This document shows, piece by piece, positions 21,488 to 31,119 of a DNA stretch of 64,000 nucleotides. The notes under the pieces were generated by a model. That model saw only the letters and a list, made by a program, of their open reading frames with translations, had not been told where the DNA came from and made no database searches. Numbering within the stretch: position 1 is the first letter of the stretch; the number at the start of each line of letters is the position of its first letter. Both the position numbers and the translations under genes were made by a program. The DNA is from Nostoc sp. DedSLP01 (GTDB lineage Bacteria; Cyanobacteriota; Cyanobacteriia; Cyanobacteriales; Nostocaceae): positions 192,001 to 256,000 of the forward strand of contig JAVRCJ020000004.1 of assembly GCA_034530875.2 (NCBI GenBank), read 5' to 3'.

Positions 21488-22981
21488 TTATTCTTCAGTT
21501 AAGAAGACAGTAGCGGGGGTTTGTGATATTTCAGTGTCATCAGTAGCAAAGGAATTCTTCGGTTCTTTGAGGAAGAAGGCACACATAAAAGCACAAATTA
21601 TCGCAGCTAAACCCATTGTGCTAAATAATGTGGGAGCGTCAGTTAAGCTAAAAATTGTCAGGTAAACTACACCGCCAAAATTACCGTAAGCTCCGACGTT
21701 ACCGGCAATTTGTCCGGTGGCTTCTTTTTTAATTAAGGGTACGATGCTGTAGGTTGCACCGCAGCCAGCTTGGGCAAAGTAAGCGGCAAACATTGTAGCT
21801 GCGATCGCCAATGGAATCGGCCAGTTACTATTAATAAAATGTGCCATCAAGTAGCCAACACCAATACCTGCACTGATAATTGTCATTGTCCACTTACGCG
21901 AACCGAATTTATCAGAAATTAAGCCACCGCTAGGACGAGAAACTAAATTCAGAAACGGATAAGTAGCGGCAATCATCCCAGCAACAACGTGTTCTAGACC
22001 AAAGGTTTTCTCAAAAAATGCTGGCAACATCGAAACCGCAGCAAGTTCTGAACCAAAGTTAGTTACGTAAGTAAATTCGAGTAATGCTATTTGACCAAAA
22101 TGAAAACGTTCGGCTGGTGCGTAAGTTTTCTTACCAATTAAAAGTTCGCGGTTGACTTGCCAAGCTTTGTAACTTTGATAAATAAATAATCCTGCTAATA
22201 ATAACCAAGCCAGATACATTTGGCTCAAAGTTAAAAAGTGAATGTTCTTTTGTTCTAAGCGCCAAGCTAATAAACCGAGAGCGAAAACTAAACCAAAATT
22301 GGAGACAATCATCGCCCAGAAGCTTTTAATACTGGTTACTTCTAAAGCACCATTTTTCTTAGGTTTTTTGTAGATTTTACCAGTGGGCGTATCTTGGACG
22401 CTGTTGTAATAGATTACGCCGTAGATAGCTGCAACAATTCCTGTAAAAGCGATCGCAAATCGCCAATTAGAAGCGCCACCAGCCAAAAAGCTTGTAGAAA
22501 CTGCAATTATCGGTAAGGCAAACTCAGCACCAAAAGCCCCAAAGTTACCCCAACCACCATAAATACCTTGGGCAATTCCCATCTCCTTGGCCTGGAACCA
22601 TTCCGCCACCATCCGAATACCGACGACAAATCCAGAACCAACAATTCCCATCAACAAACGACTGATGACTAATTGATTGAAATCTTGCGCGAACGCTGTC
22701 GCCAAACAAGGAACAGCCGCAAATACTAGCAGCATTGAATAGGTAATTCTAGGGCCAAAACGATCCAAAAGCATCCCGATAATTAACCGTGCCGGAATTG
22801 TCAAAGCTAGGTTACAGATGCCTAAAGTTTTGACTTGTTCGGGTGCTAAATCTAATTGTTTGCCAATAGTTGTAGCGAAGGGAGCAAAGTTAAACCAACA
22901 GACAAAGGTGAGAAAAAAAGCAAACCAAGTCTGATGTAAGATGCGATAGCGATCGCTGAATGAAAATAGATTTTTAAGCAT
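21488..22981 (-). CDS. nrtP: MFS nitrate/nitrite transporter
   Basis: NarK/NRT2 motifs GIYGGWGNFG, FGSELA, GNVGAYGNFGG; ATG at 22981 preferred (upstream extension is repeat-derived). Confidence 0.92.
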   Translation of the reverse strand: MLKNLFSFSDRYRILHQTWFAFFLTFVCWFNFAPFATTIGKQLDLAPEQVKTLGICNLALTIPARLIIGMLLDRFGPRITYSMLLVFAAVPCLATAFAQDFNQLVISRLLMGIVGSGFVVGIRMVAEWFQAKEMGIAQGIYGGWGNFGAFGAEFALPIIAVSTSFLAGGASNWRFAIAFTGIVAAIYGVIYYNSVQDTPTGKIYKKPKKNGALEVTSIKSFWAMIVSNFGLVFALGLLAWRLEQKNIHFLTLSQMYLAWLLLAGLFIYQSYKAWQVNRELLIGKKTYAPAERFHFGQIALLEFTYVTNFGSELAAVSMLPAFFEKTFGLEHVVAGMIAATYPFLNLVSRPSGGLISDKFGSRKWTMTIISAGIGVGYLMAHFINSNWPIPLAIAATMFAAYFAQAGCGATYSIVPLIKKEATGQIAGNVGAYGNFGGVVYLTIFSLTDAPTLFSTMGLAAIICAFMCAFFLKEPKNSFATDDTEISQTPATVFLTEE

Positions 22982-23065
22982 TCTAATTCTTGAAGAGGTA
23001 GGAAGGTAGAGAAAGAGTAGAGAGTGGGGAGAGAATAATAAATCCTCAGTCAACAGTCACTACTC

Positions 23066-23465
23066 CTACTCGTCAATGCGAGCAAATAGACGATAGAGGA
23101 AGTTTAGGCCGTAGTTACGTAGGTTGTAGTATTCTGGGTCTTCCATGATGCGGTGACGGTTGTAGGGACAGGAGAAGGGAATATCTAGGATTTCACCGGT
23201 GTGGGCGGCTGAGCCATTACTCATCACAACTCTGTCGGCGCAAAAAAGTGCTTCATCAATGTCATGAGTTTTGGAATACCATCATTCGGTCGGAACCTGG
23301 TTCGATGATGGGTTTGTCTTGCAGCATAAAGACACCATCGGTAGGAGTATTAAACGCAGAAACCATATTCAGGAGTGTTGATTTGCCACAACCAGAGTGA
23401 CTGATGATGCAAACAAATTCGCCCTCACGCACTTTCAAATCAACTCCATCGAGTATGGTGTAAGT
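23066..23465 (-). pseudogene. nrtD: Relic of nitrate ABC transporter ATPase NrtD (no start, internal deletion, frameshift)
   Basis: Manual translation: [35 protein letters not shown]...EPGSDRMMVFQN, then a frame change into THDIDEALFCADRVVMSNG...EILDIPF...RIMEDPEYYNLRNY...*. Confidence 0.9.
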
Positions 23466-23474
23466 CCTCAGTCA

Positions 23475-25094
23475 CTAATTACTAACTGCTAAGGCTTCTT
23501 GTTTGAGTTTTGCCCCAAACTTTTGGATCAGTAAATCTTGCAATATTGGCTGTAAATCTTCACAGGGTATGCCTTTAATAATGCAAGTTCCGAGATGGGC
23601 ATCTTTGCCAACTTTGCCACCCATATATATGTCAACGCCTTCGAGGGTTTTGCCATTTTTACGAGTTTTAGTTCCCATTAAGCCGATGTCTGCAACTTGA
23701 GGCTGTCCGCAGGAGTTGGGGCAACCAGTCCAGTGAATTCGCACGGGATGCGGGAAGGTTAAATCTTCTTCTAAGGCTTTAATCATCGCCAAGGCGCGGT
23801 TTTTGGTTTCGATGAGGGCAAAGTTGCAAAATTGTGCGCCCGTGCAAGATACTAGCGATCGCGTCAATAAACCTGGATTAATCGAAAACCTTTCTAGCAA
23901 CGGTTCTGCTAAAAATGTGGCTAATCTCGATTCAGGAACGTTGGGGATCGCAATGTTTTGCTCGATTGTTAACCGGATTTCGCCACTACCGTAAACTTCC
24001 GCTAGACGAGCAATTTCAAACATATCATCGGCATACAACCGACCGACAGGAATGTGCAACCCTACATAATTCAATCCTGGTTGTTTTTGTTTGTATACCC
24101 CTATATGGTCGCGTTTTTCCCAGTCAATCTCGTCTTTTGGCGCTGCGGGTAATAATGATTTACCCAAGCGATTTTCTACTTCTAGGCGAAACTTTTCTAA
24201 ACCCCATTCATCAATTAGCCACATCAGACGGGATTTTTGCCGATTAGCACGCGAACCACAATCGCGGAAAACTTCTAAAACGGCTCTACATACAGCTACC
24301 ACATCTTCCGGAGCCACCCAAGCATTCAGAGGAATTGCCGCCTCACAACGTTTGGCAGAGAAAAAGCCACCAACGATGATGTTAAATCCGAATACTTTTT
24401 GGTCGGAATGGATAGAGGAGAAATTTTGCTCCCCTGCTCCCCTGCTCCCCTGCTCCCCTGCCTCTTTAAATGCTGGCACAAATGCCAAATCATTAATCTC
24501 GGCGTGAACTGAATTGTCTCTGCCACCGGCGATCGCAATATTAAATTTCCGTGGTAGATTGCTAAACTCTGGGTTCCCTTGGCCATTGTTGGTGAGCATA
24601 TCTTGAATTTGCTGTACCAACTCTCGCGTGTCGTACAATTCATCTGCGTCTAACCCCGCTACAGCATCGCCTGTGATGTTGCGGACGTTATCCATCCCTG
24701 ACTGGACGCTGGTTAAGCCAACTGCGTGAAATCTATCAAAAATATCTGGTAAATCTCCAATTCTGATGCCGCGCAATTGAATATTCTGTCTCGTGGTAAT
24801 GTCAGCACTACCCTCATCACCGTAACGCTGTACCACTTGGGCTAAAACACGCATCTGAGTGCTGGTGAGAATACCGTTAGGCATCCGCATCCGCATCATA
24901 AACTTACCTGGAGTGACTGGACGAAAAAATACACCCACCCATTTAAGTCGATGATCTCGGTCTGTTTCGTCCATTGCTTCCCAACCCAAGGCGGCAAATT
25001 TTTCGATCTCACCCTTAACGGCGAGTCCATCTTTTTCTGCCTTGAATTTCTCGAACTTGTTGAGATTGACGGTGGTAGTTGCTGTATCTGTCAT
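23475..25094 (-). CDS. nirA: Ferredoxin-nitrite reductase
   Basis: DITTRQNIQLRG, LPRKFN, CTGAQFC, HWTGCPNSCGQ siroheme/[4Fe-4S] ligands. Confidence 0.97.
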   Translation of the reverse strand: MTDTATTTVNLNKFEKFKAEKDGLAVKGEIEKFAALGWEAMDETDRDHRLKWVGVFFRPVTPGKFMMRMRMPNGILTSTQMRVLAQVVQRYGDEGSADITTRQNIQLRGIRIGDLPDIFDRFHAVGLTSVQSGMDNVRNITGDAVAGLDADELYDTRELVQQIQDMLTNNGQGNPEFSNLPRKFNIAIAGGRDNSVHAEINDLAFVPAFKEAGEQGSRGAGEQNFSSIHSDQKVFGFNIIVGGFFSAKRCEAAIPLNAWVAPEDVVAVCRAVLEVFRDCGSRANRQKSRLMWLIDEWGLEKFRLEVENRLGKSLLPAAPKDEIDWEKRDHIGVYKQKQPGLNYVGLHIPVGRLYADDMFEIARLAEVYGSGEIRLTIEQNIAIPNVPESRLATFLAEPLLERFSINPGLLTRSLVSCTGAQFCNFALIETKNRALAMIKALEEDLTFPHPVRIHWTGCPNSCGQPQVADIGLMGTKTRKNGKTLEGVDIYMGGKVGKDAHLGTCIIKGIPCEDLQPILQDLLIQKFGAKLKQEALAVSN

Positions 25095-25359
25095 GAAGCT
25101 GGCTCTCGTTGCAAGTTACAAATAAACGTGACAATTTGTGTACCCAGTACAAATCAACCCGTAGTCCTATTAGGTGTATGTCTACGAGGGTTAGAGATGA
25201 AAACTTAATATCTAGTTAGGGCTGATTATTTATATTTCCGAGCGCTTGACGCGAAACTTAAAATCCGTGGTTAGTTGAGGATAATTTGTCGCCATTTACA
25301 TTTTGGGAATTTGTCAAGGAGTTTTGGTTGCTGTTCATGTAACAATTTCGATACTCACT

Positions 25360-25401
25360 AAGTTAAGGTCAGATTTATGTTAAAATCGTATAAATTGTTA
25401 C
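25360..25401 (-). promoter_or_regulatory. Class II NtcA-activated promoter of the nir operon
   Basis: Minus strand GTA-ACAATTTA-TAC (25401-25388), exactly 22 nt, then TAACTT (TAN3T, 25365-25360). Confidence 0.9.
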
Positions 25402-25438
25402 GGTTTTTGAGTAAAAATGCATAAAAAACATGGTTCCT

Positions 25439-25453
25439 ATGCATTTTTTGCAT
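25439..25453. promoter_or_regulatory. NtcB (LysR) binding site
   Basis: ATGCA-TTTTT-TGCAT (TGCAN5TGCA, T-N11-A) about 40 nt upstream of the NtcA box. Confidence 0.75.
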
Positions 25454-25666
25454 CACTATCGCCCACTAAATAACACAAAACTCGGGGATCGCAGGTATTT
25501 GGTATAACTCCAGGGATTTTTAATTACGATGTAGCAATCGTAATAGGGCGGATTGAGACAAAAATATTTTACAAATCATTCAAGGCTGCTATAGTTCAAT
25601 TCGGAATCGAAAATCTCAAATTGATTGGCAGATGCGAGCTAAAACTTCAAGATTATTTCAGCAGCT

Positions 25667-26080
25667 ATGAAACGTCGTGATTTTATTAATTGGGTAGGTT
25701 TGGGTTGGATAGCGAGTTCTCTACCTATAGCGATCGCAGCTTGTTCTTCCCAGACAAATTCAGCATCAGCCGATTGGCAAGCGGTAGGGACATCGGCAGA
25801 ATTAGATAAAACAGGTCAATTGCTAGCGAAAAATTCACCTGCTGGGCCTGTATTAGTAGTCGGCACATCTAAATCTGAAAATTTGACCGCTGTCAACCCT
25901 ACTTGTTCTCATGCAGGTTGTACGGTTGGATGGAAAGCTGAAGAGAGAAAATTCGTCTGTCCCTGTCATGGTTCGCAATATGGGGCTGACGGTAAAGTAA
26001 TAAAAGGCCCAGCAACAGAAGGGCTAAAAACCTATACCGCCAAAATAGAAGGTAATTCAGTTGTAGTCAAGCCAAGTTAG
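25667..26080 (+). CDS. Small Rieske [2Fe-2S] protein with Tat/lipoprotein signal
   Basis: KRRDF Tat motif, IAACS lipobox, CSHAGC and CPCHGS. Confidence 0.9.
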   Translation: MKRRDFINWVGLGWIASSLPIAIAACSSQTNSASADWQAVGTSAELDKTGQLLAKNSPAGPVLVVGTSKSENLTAVNPTCSHAGCTVGWKAEERKFVCPCHGSQYGADGKVIKGPATEGLKTYTAKIEGNSVVVKPS

Positions 26081-26310
26081 AGGGATTGAGGATTGGGGAG
26101 ATGGGGAGATGGGAGGTGTGGGAAGTGTGGGAGGTGTGGGAAGTGTGGGAGGTGTGGGAGGAGAGGGGGGTGTGGGAAGCATAAATTCTCTTTCTTCCTT
26201 GACTTCCCCACTCCCTATCTCCCCATCTCCCCAAACCTCCCACACCTCCCCATCTCCCTATCTCCCCATCTCCCCACACCTCCCCATCTCCCCACACCTC
26301 CCCATTCACC
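26081..26310. repeat. Large G-rich/C-rich inverted repeat element with 16-bp core (copy 2)
   Basis: GGGGAGAT and GTGGGARGT tandem units, core GCATAAATTCTCTTTC 26179-26194, then complementary C-rich units. Confidence 0.85.
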
Positions 26311-26319
26311 TTTACCATC

Positions 26320-27618
26320 GTGAACAACATCAACCAGCTTTTGGTGCAAGCCCAGACAGCATATAATGCAGCTGATTGGTCATCGCTAATTCAATATTTA
26401 CAAGAATTAATTTTAGGGGCTAATTCTCAGCATCCAGAGATAGTTAAAAATCGAGAATATCTGCTCTCGTTATCGCTTTCAATATTAGAGATGGGCGATT
26501 TTCAGCAACGCTGGGAAATAACCAAGGTTTTAATTAACTTGGGAAATATTGCCATCCCGCCACTAATTGAAATATTAAAAGATGAAGATGCAGAAGAAGA
26601 ATTACGCTGGTATGCGGCGCGAACTTTAGGGGAATTCCAGCACCCAGATGCCATCGCGCCTTTGGTGGAATTGTTGAAAACTGATGAGGATGAAGAACTC
26701 AAAGCAATCGCAGCTACAGCATTGGGGCAAATGGGTAATGTTGCGATTACTTCACTAACTAAACTTTTAGCAGATGAAGATACACGACTTTTGGCAGTGC
26801 GATCGCTTTGTTGTATTTCGCAACCAGAAATTATTGCACCATTGTTGAGTGTGGTGCAAGATTCCCAAGCAGAAATTCGTGCTGCTGCAATTGAAGCGTT
26901 GGCGAGTTTTCACGACGAAGGCATACCCTCAGTGTTGTTAAACGCTTTAGACGATGTAGCGGCCACAGTTAGACGTGCAGCAGTGGTTGGTTTAGGTTTT
27001 CGTCCGGACTTGTGCCAAGCATTAGATTTAGTCACAATATTACAACCTAAGTTGTATGACATCAACCTTGATGTTTGTCGTACAGCAGTCGTTACTCTTT
27101 CTCGTATGGGTAGTGATAACGCTGCCAAATACTTATTTGATTTGTTGATTTCACCTCAAACACCGCTAACACTGCAATTAGAAACTATTCGCGCTTTAGG
27201 TTGGATGGAAATACCATCGAGTTTGGAATATTTACAAATAGGATTTCATCAAAGTACATTACCATCTGTGTGGGAAGAAATTGTTACAGTTTTAGGGCGA
27301 GTGCAAAAGCCCCAGCTAACTACACTAGCTACAGAAATATTACTAAAAGTGCTGGAATCGCAACATCCAGCAATAAAAATTGCCAATATTAAAAGTCCGA
27401 TCGCTTTATCTTTAGGACAGTTAGGAAAGATCCAGGCAATTGAACCATTGGTCTTGCTGTTAGCTGATTCTAATGCATCGGTAAGACTACATGCGATCGC
27501 AGCACTAAAAAATCTGGATAAAGAACTTGTACGCCAACAATTGCAAAAGTTAGCAAATAACGCTGGACTAACACCAGATTTGCGAGAAGAAATTGCGATC
27601 GCTTTAGCACAATGGTAA
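26320..27618 (+). CDS. nirB: HEAT-repeat protein NirB (nitrite reductase maturation)
   Basis: Multiple PBS-lyase HEAT repeats; after the Rieske gene, divergent from nirA, as in Anabaena. Confidence 0.75.
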   Translation: MNNINQLLVQAQTAYNAADWSSLIQYLQELILGANSQHPEIVKNREYLLSLSLSILEMGDFQQRWEITKVLINLGNIAIPPLIEILKDEDAEEELRWYAARTLGEFQHPDAIAPLVELLKTDEDEELKAIAATALGQMGNVAITSLTKLLADEDTRLLAVRSLCCISQPEIIAPLLSVVQDSQAEIRAAAIEALASFHDEGIPSVLLNALDDVAATVRRAAVVGLGFRPDLCQALDLVTILQPKLYDINLDVCRTAVVTLSRMGSDNAAKYLFDLLISPQTPLTLQLETIRALGWMEIPSSLEYLQIGFHQSTLPSVWEEIVTVLGRVQKPQLTTLATEILLKVLESQHPAIKIANIKSPIALSLGQLGKIQAIEPLVLLLADSNASVRLHAIAALKNLDKELVRQQLQKLANNAGLTPDLREEIAIALAQW

Positions 27619-27700
27619 ATTGCCTTTAACGCACCCACATCTATAAGGCGTGAGTGCGTCAATAATTAACTATCGATTATCTATGGCTGGAGAAAAATTA

Positions 27701-28075
27701 TTATTTCGGTTGGCCTTTTTCTAAAGCCTTTTCTACTAGGTCATCGCTAACATCAGCGACACCCTCAGTCTTAGCATTTCCAACTTCCTTAGCTAACTCT
27801 GCATAATCATCAGGATTACCAGTTGAGTCGATTTGTTGTGTTTTTATTTCTCTTGCTTCAGGGACTTTTTGTTTGGAAGCAGTTGATGCTTCGGCTGCTG
27901 CTGCACCTTGACCTGTGCGGTCAACATCACTGACGCTGAATTTTTGTGCGGCTGCATAATCAGCTTCCAAATCCACCGCTGGCGCTTTTTCTTCACCAGT
28001 AGCGATATTTTCAGCAGCTAATTGAGCATCATGGGTGGGAGCTTCATTAACATTGGGTTTTATTTCATCTGGCAT
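27701..28075 (-). CDS. Acidic hydrophilic hypothetical protein
   Basis: 124-aa Ala/Glu/Asp-rich ORF with ATG start; EAPTHDAQLAAE...DYAAAQKFSVSDVDRTG. Confidence 0.75.
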   Translation of the reverse strand: MPDEIKPNVNEAPTHDAQLAAENIATGEEKAPAVDLEADYAAAQKFSVSDVDRTGQGAAAAEASTASKQKVPEAREIKTQQIDSTGNPDDYAELAKEVGNAKTEGVADVSDDLVEKALEKGQPK

Positions 28076-28295
28076 AATTAAAACCTTAGGTAAAATTTTA
28101 TTGCTGCGGCAATCATAGCAGGAGAATTCGCTACTCTCTTGCCTCCTTCCGAGAGACTTTTACCTCTATTAAAAGATAGATTAATGCTGGATTTGACAAA
28201 TAATTTAACTCTTTCTCTTGATAGTAGAATCTTATTCTCAAACTTTGATAACTCTTAGTTTGGCCTGTTAAAAAAATTCTGTTTGGAGAGAAATT

Positions 28296-28826
28296 ATGAC
28301 TACAAGTTACGATAAAAATATTTCTCAAGCTCAAAGCAATGAAACTCAAAATGTGGTAGACGCGTTTAACGCCTTAGATACCGACGCTAAATTAGCTTGG
28401 TTCTATTTGGTTTATAAAAAAATGGGTGATTCCATTACGCCAGCGGCTCCCGCTGCTACTGACCCGGAATTAGCACCAAAATTGTTAGGAGAATATTTTG
28501 ATTTATCAGATAACGAGCAATTAGAAATCATGCGGGATATCGTTAACCGCAAAGATACAGAATATTCCCGTGCTTATGGCGCAATTAAAGAAAACAATCA
28601 ATTGTTAGTTTGGTATGCTTGGGCAGTAGAAATGGGGAAAAAAGTGGTTGGGTTCCCAGGTAATTATCAAGCAAGCAAACCAATTAACGATCTACTTTCT
28701 CAAATTGAAGGACTAGATTTTGAAGAGCAAATTTCGGTGTTCCGAACAATAGCTGGTGAATTGGGTTACACCGATGTCAAACCAATTGAAACACAAGCAC
28801 AAACTGGTAAAACAGCAAGTTTGTAA
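28296..28826 (+). CDS. Helical carotenoid protein (OCP N-terminal domain homolog)
   Basis: DAKLAWFYLVYKKMGDSITPAAP, EQLEIMRD, SRAYG, LDFEEQI. Confidence 0.9.
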   Translation: MTTSYDKNISQAQSNETQNVVDAFNALDTDAKLAWFYLVYKKMGDSITPAAPAATDPELAPKLLGEYFDLSDNEQLEIMRDIVNRKDTEYSRAYGAIKENNQLLVWYAWAVEMGKKVVGFPGNYQASKPINDLLSQIEGLDFEEQISVFRTIAGELGYTDVKPIETQAQTGKTASL

Positions 28827-28858
28827 GCTCATCACATCTCTAAAAGGGATTTCATTTC

Positions 28859-28898
28859 GCTGTTGACTGTTGATTGTTAACCCTCAACAGTCAACAGC
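28859..28898. terminator. Hairpin between convergent genes
   Basis: GCTGTTGACTGTTGA...TCAACAGTCAACAGC 15-bp IR. Confidence 0.6.
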
Positions 28899-28902
28899 TT
28901 AA

Positions 28903-29667
28903 TCACGACATTGCTAGCTGAGTTAAGTCCGATGGAGTTAAGTTAGAGTTTACTACCTGACCGTCACGGAACCAAACGATGCGCTGGGTTTGACGCGCTA
29001 CTTCTGGTTCGTGGGTTACCATAACAACGGTGATTCCAGTGGCATTGAGTTCGCTAAAAATGTCTAATACTTCTTGGGTTGTGCGCGAATCAAGTGCGCC
29101 GGTAGGTTCATCGGCTAGGAGTACTACGGGACGGTTGACAATGGCACGAGCGATCGCTACTCTTTGTTGTTGTCCCCCAGATAGTTGAGTTGGTTTATTG
29201 TTGAGGCGATTTCCTAAACCGACTCGTATCAATGCTTCTTTGGCGCGATCGCTTCTTTCTTTTGGATTCACATTAGCATACACCATTGGCAGCATCACAT
29301 TTTCTAATGCTGTAAGTTGGGGCAATAAATGGAATTGTTGAAACACAAACCCCAGCTTTTTATTGCGGATATGTGCCAAGGATTTATCATCCATTTGCGC
29401 CACATCAATATTATCTAAGTAATAATGTCCGCCTGTAGGTCGGTCTAGACAGCCGATAATATTCATGGCTGTGGATTTCCCAGAACCAGAAGGCCCCATA
29501 ATTGAACAATATTCGCCTTCGTTAATAATTAAATTTACATCATTGAGTGCTTTGACTTCGGTTTCGCCAATGCCATAGACTTTAAATATATTTTCTAAAC
29601 GAATAATAGCTGATTTCGGTACGGGATTAGGAACTAGAGAATCGGTAATTGAAATAGTCTTTGCCAT
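28903..29667 (-). CDS. ABC transporter ATP-binding protein (LolD/MacB-like)
   Basis: [32 protein letters not shown]. Confidence 0.92.
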   Translation of the reverse strand: MAKTISITDSLVPNPVPKSAIIRLENIFKVYGIGETEVKALNDVNLIINEGEYCSIMGPSGSGKSTAMNIIGCLDRPTGGHYYLDNIDVAQMDDKSLAHIRNKKLGFVFQQFHLLPQLTALENVMLPMVYANVNPKERSDRAKEALIRVGLGNRLNNKPTQLSGGQQQRVAIARAIVNRPVVLLADEPTGALDSRTTQEVLDIFSELNATGITVVMVTHEPEVARQTQRIVWFRDGQVVNSNLTPSDLTQLAMS

Positions 29668-30026
29668 AAGGATTTGGTTATTAGTTTGGTAGAGAGGCGA
29701 TGATTCTCTTCCAAGAAGCTGCTCTTTAAGAGTCTACGCATCTTTAGAAAAGTTCCGTTATTTCTCAATTTACTTCTTATCTCTAGGATAATATTGATAC
29801 TTAGTTATCAGCCAACCTATGTCAAAAAAAATGTAGTATACTCCGCTTTGATTTAGAGAACTTCTTTCTGTAGGAAGAGAACAGGGAACAGGAAATTACC
29901 GAGTACAGGTGTAGTAATATCAATTTTAAAAAGAAAATGCGATAAATAGATCGTCTGTAGACAGGCAGTGAATCGCATCTTTACCAAAGAAGTTGTTGCG
30001 ATCGTTAATTGGACGTTCCTCAATTG

Positions 30027-30124
30027 CAGTATGAATAAAGATGTAGAGACGTTGCATTGCAACGTCTCTACAAAGATTTTGATATCATGCACAATCGTTT
30101 CAATAGATAAAATCAGCAATGCTG
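30027..30124 (-). mobile_element. MITE/REP-like element, partial copy
   Basis: Palindrome GTAGAGACGTTGCATTGCAACGTCTCTAC 30043-30071; flanks align with the 41761 copy in reverse. Confidence 0.75.
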
Positions 30125-30335
30125 TTAATTGAATTGGTATGATTTTTTTTGAAACGGCAAAAGTTACGTAAACTCAGCACTTTTGCGATCGCCAGACTCT
30201 AGATACTAAAAATATGATTTTAAAAGGCATATTTTACCCAAAACATGTATTCAAAAGTACAATGTTTTGGGTAAATTTTTCGTTTTATTCGACGCTAGAT
30301 ACTTTTTTACACTAGGCAAAGTATAAGTTTTTACA

Positions 30336-30917
30336 TTAATGTTTTTGGAAAGCAGCTAATTGAGCGATTAAATGGTCAAAATAAGGAGTAAGAGTTTCTT
30401 GGTGGTTGCCTTGGCAGCGTTTCAAACTAGCAGCTTTGATACTTTTTAAACCTAGAATCATAGCATCCAAAGGAACTTGTAATTCTTGATAAACCAAATT
30501 CATATAGTGGAGTCCTGTGGGGCTAGTATATTCAGCGTGGCCGCCTGCAATACCATAAGTAATGCAGCGGAGAAAATGCCAGAAATCTCGCCAGCAAGCT
30601 TGGGCGCGTTCGGGGGGATAAAGGTCTCCTCCTGGCTCGATAATTTCAGGGTAAGTTAGCAAAACCTGTTCTCTAGCTTCATCAACGATTTCACCTGCAC
30701 GATCGCGTAACAATTGAGCAACAGGAATCAAGGCACAATGATTGGGTGCTAAAGTTTGGATTTCTACTAAATCTTCGTCGCTCAGATAGCGCAAATTATC
30801 ATCCGCAGCTTGGAAAATAGCGATCGCAGCTTGAGGATGGGACTGTTGCCACTGAGCAAAGCTCATAATTCTAGCTTTGGCTATTAATTGCTTAACAGTT
30901 TCGGTTAGTTGAGTCAT
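30336..30917 (-). CDS. aplA: Allophycocyanin-like protein AplA
   Basis: Globin-like phycobiliprotein fold: AADDNLRYLS, PGGDLYPPERAQACWRDFWHFLRCITYGIAGG; ATG at 30917 (upstream part of tracked ORF is STRR). Confidence 0.75.
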   Translation of the reverse strand: MTQLTETVKQLIAKARIMSFAQWQQSHPQAAIAIFQAADDNLRYLSDEDLVEIQTLAPNHCALIPVAQLLRDRAGEIVDEAREQVLLTYPEIIEPGGDLYPPERAQACWRDFWHFLRCITYGIAGGHAEYTSPTGLHYMNLVYQELQVPLDAMILGLKSIKAASLKRCQGNHQETLTPYFDHLIAQLAAFQKH

Positions 30918-30924
30918 AAGCGTA

Positions 30925-31040
30925 GGGGATTGGGTACTGGGGATTGGGGAGGTGGGGATTGGGGAGATGGGGAGATGGGGAGATGGGGGCATAAATTCTC
31001 TTTCTCCCCACACTCCCCACACTTCCCAATCTCCCCATTT
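30925..31040. repeat. STRR element with 16-bp core (copy 3)
   Basis: GGGGATT/GGGGAGAT units, core GCATAAATTCTCTTTC 30989-31004, then CCCCACACT units. Confidence 0.8.
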
Positions 31041-31119
31041 CCTGTAATCTTCCCAAATGCAGTCGCTATTTTTTGACGTTTGTAAAATAAAGTAAAGAAT
31101 AACCCTAAAAAATACACTT

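Noticed and set aside
26057..26366. Short ORFs with CGKCGRC, PPT or SHT repeats (metallothionein- or RiPP-like look)
   Set aside because: Translations of a 9-mer/8-mer DNA repeat that is open in several frames on both strands; the same element occurs elsewhere.
29853..30119. 88-aa ORF containing VETLQCNVST
   Set aside because: Translation of the REP-like palindrome element.
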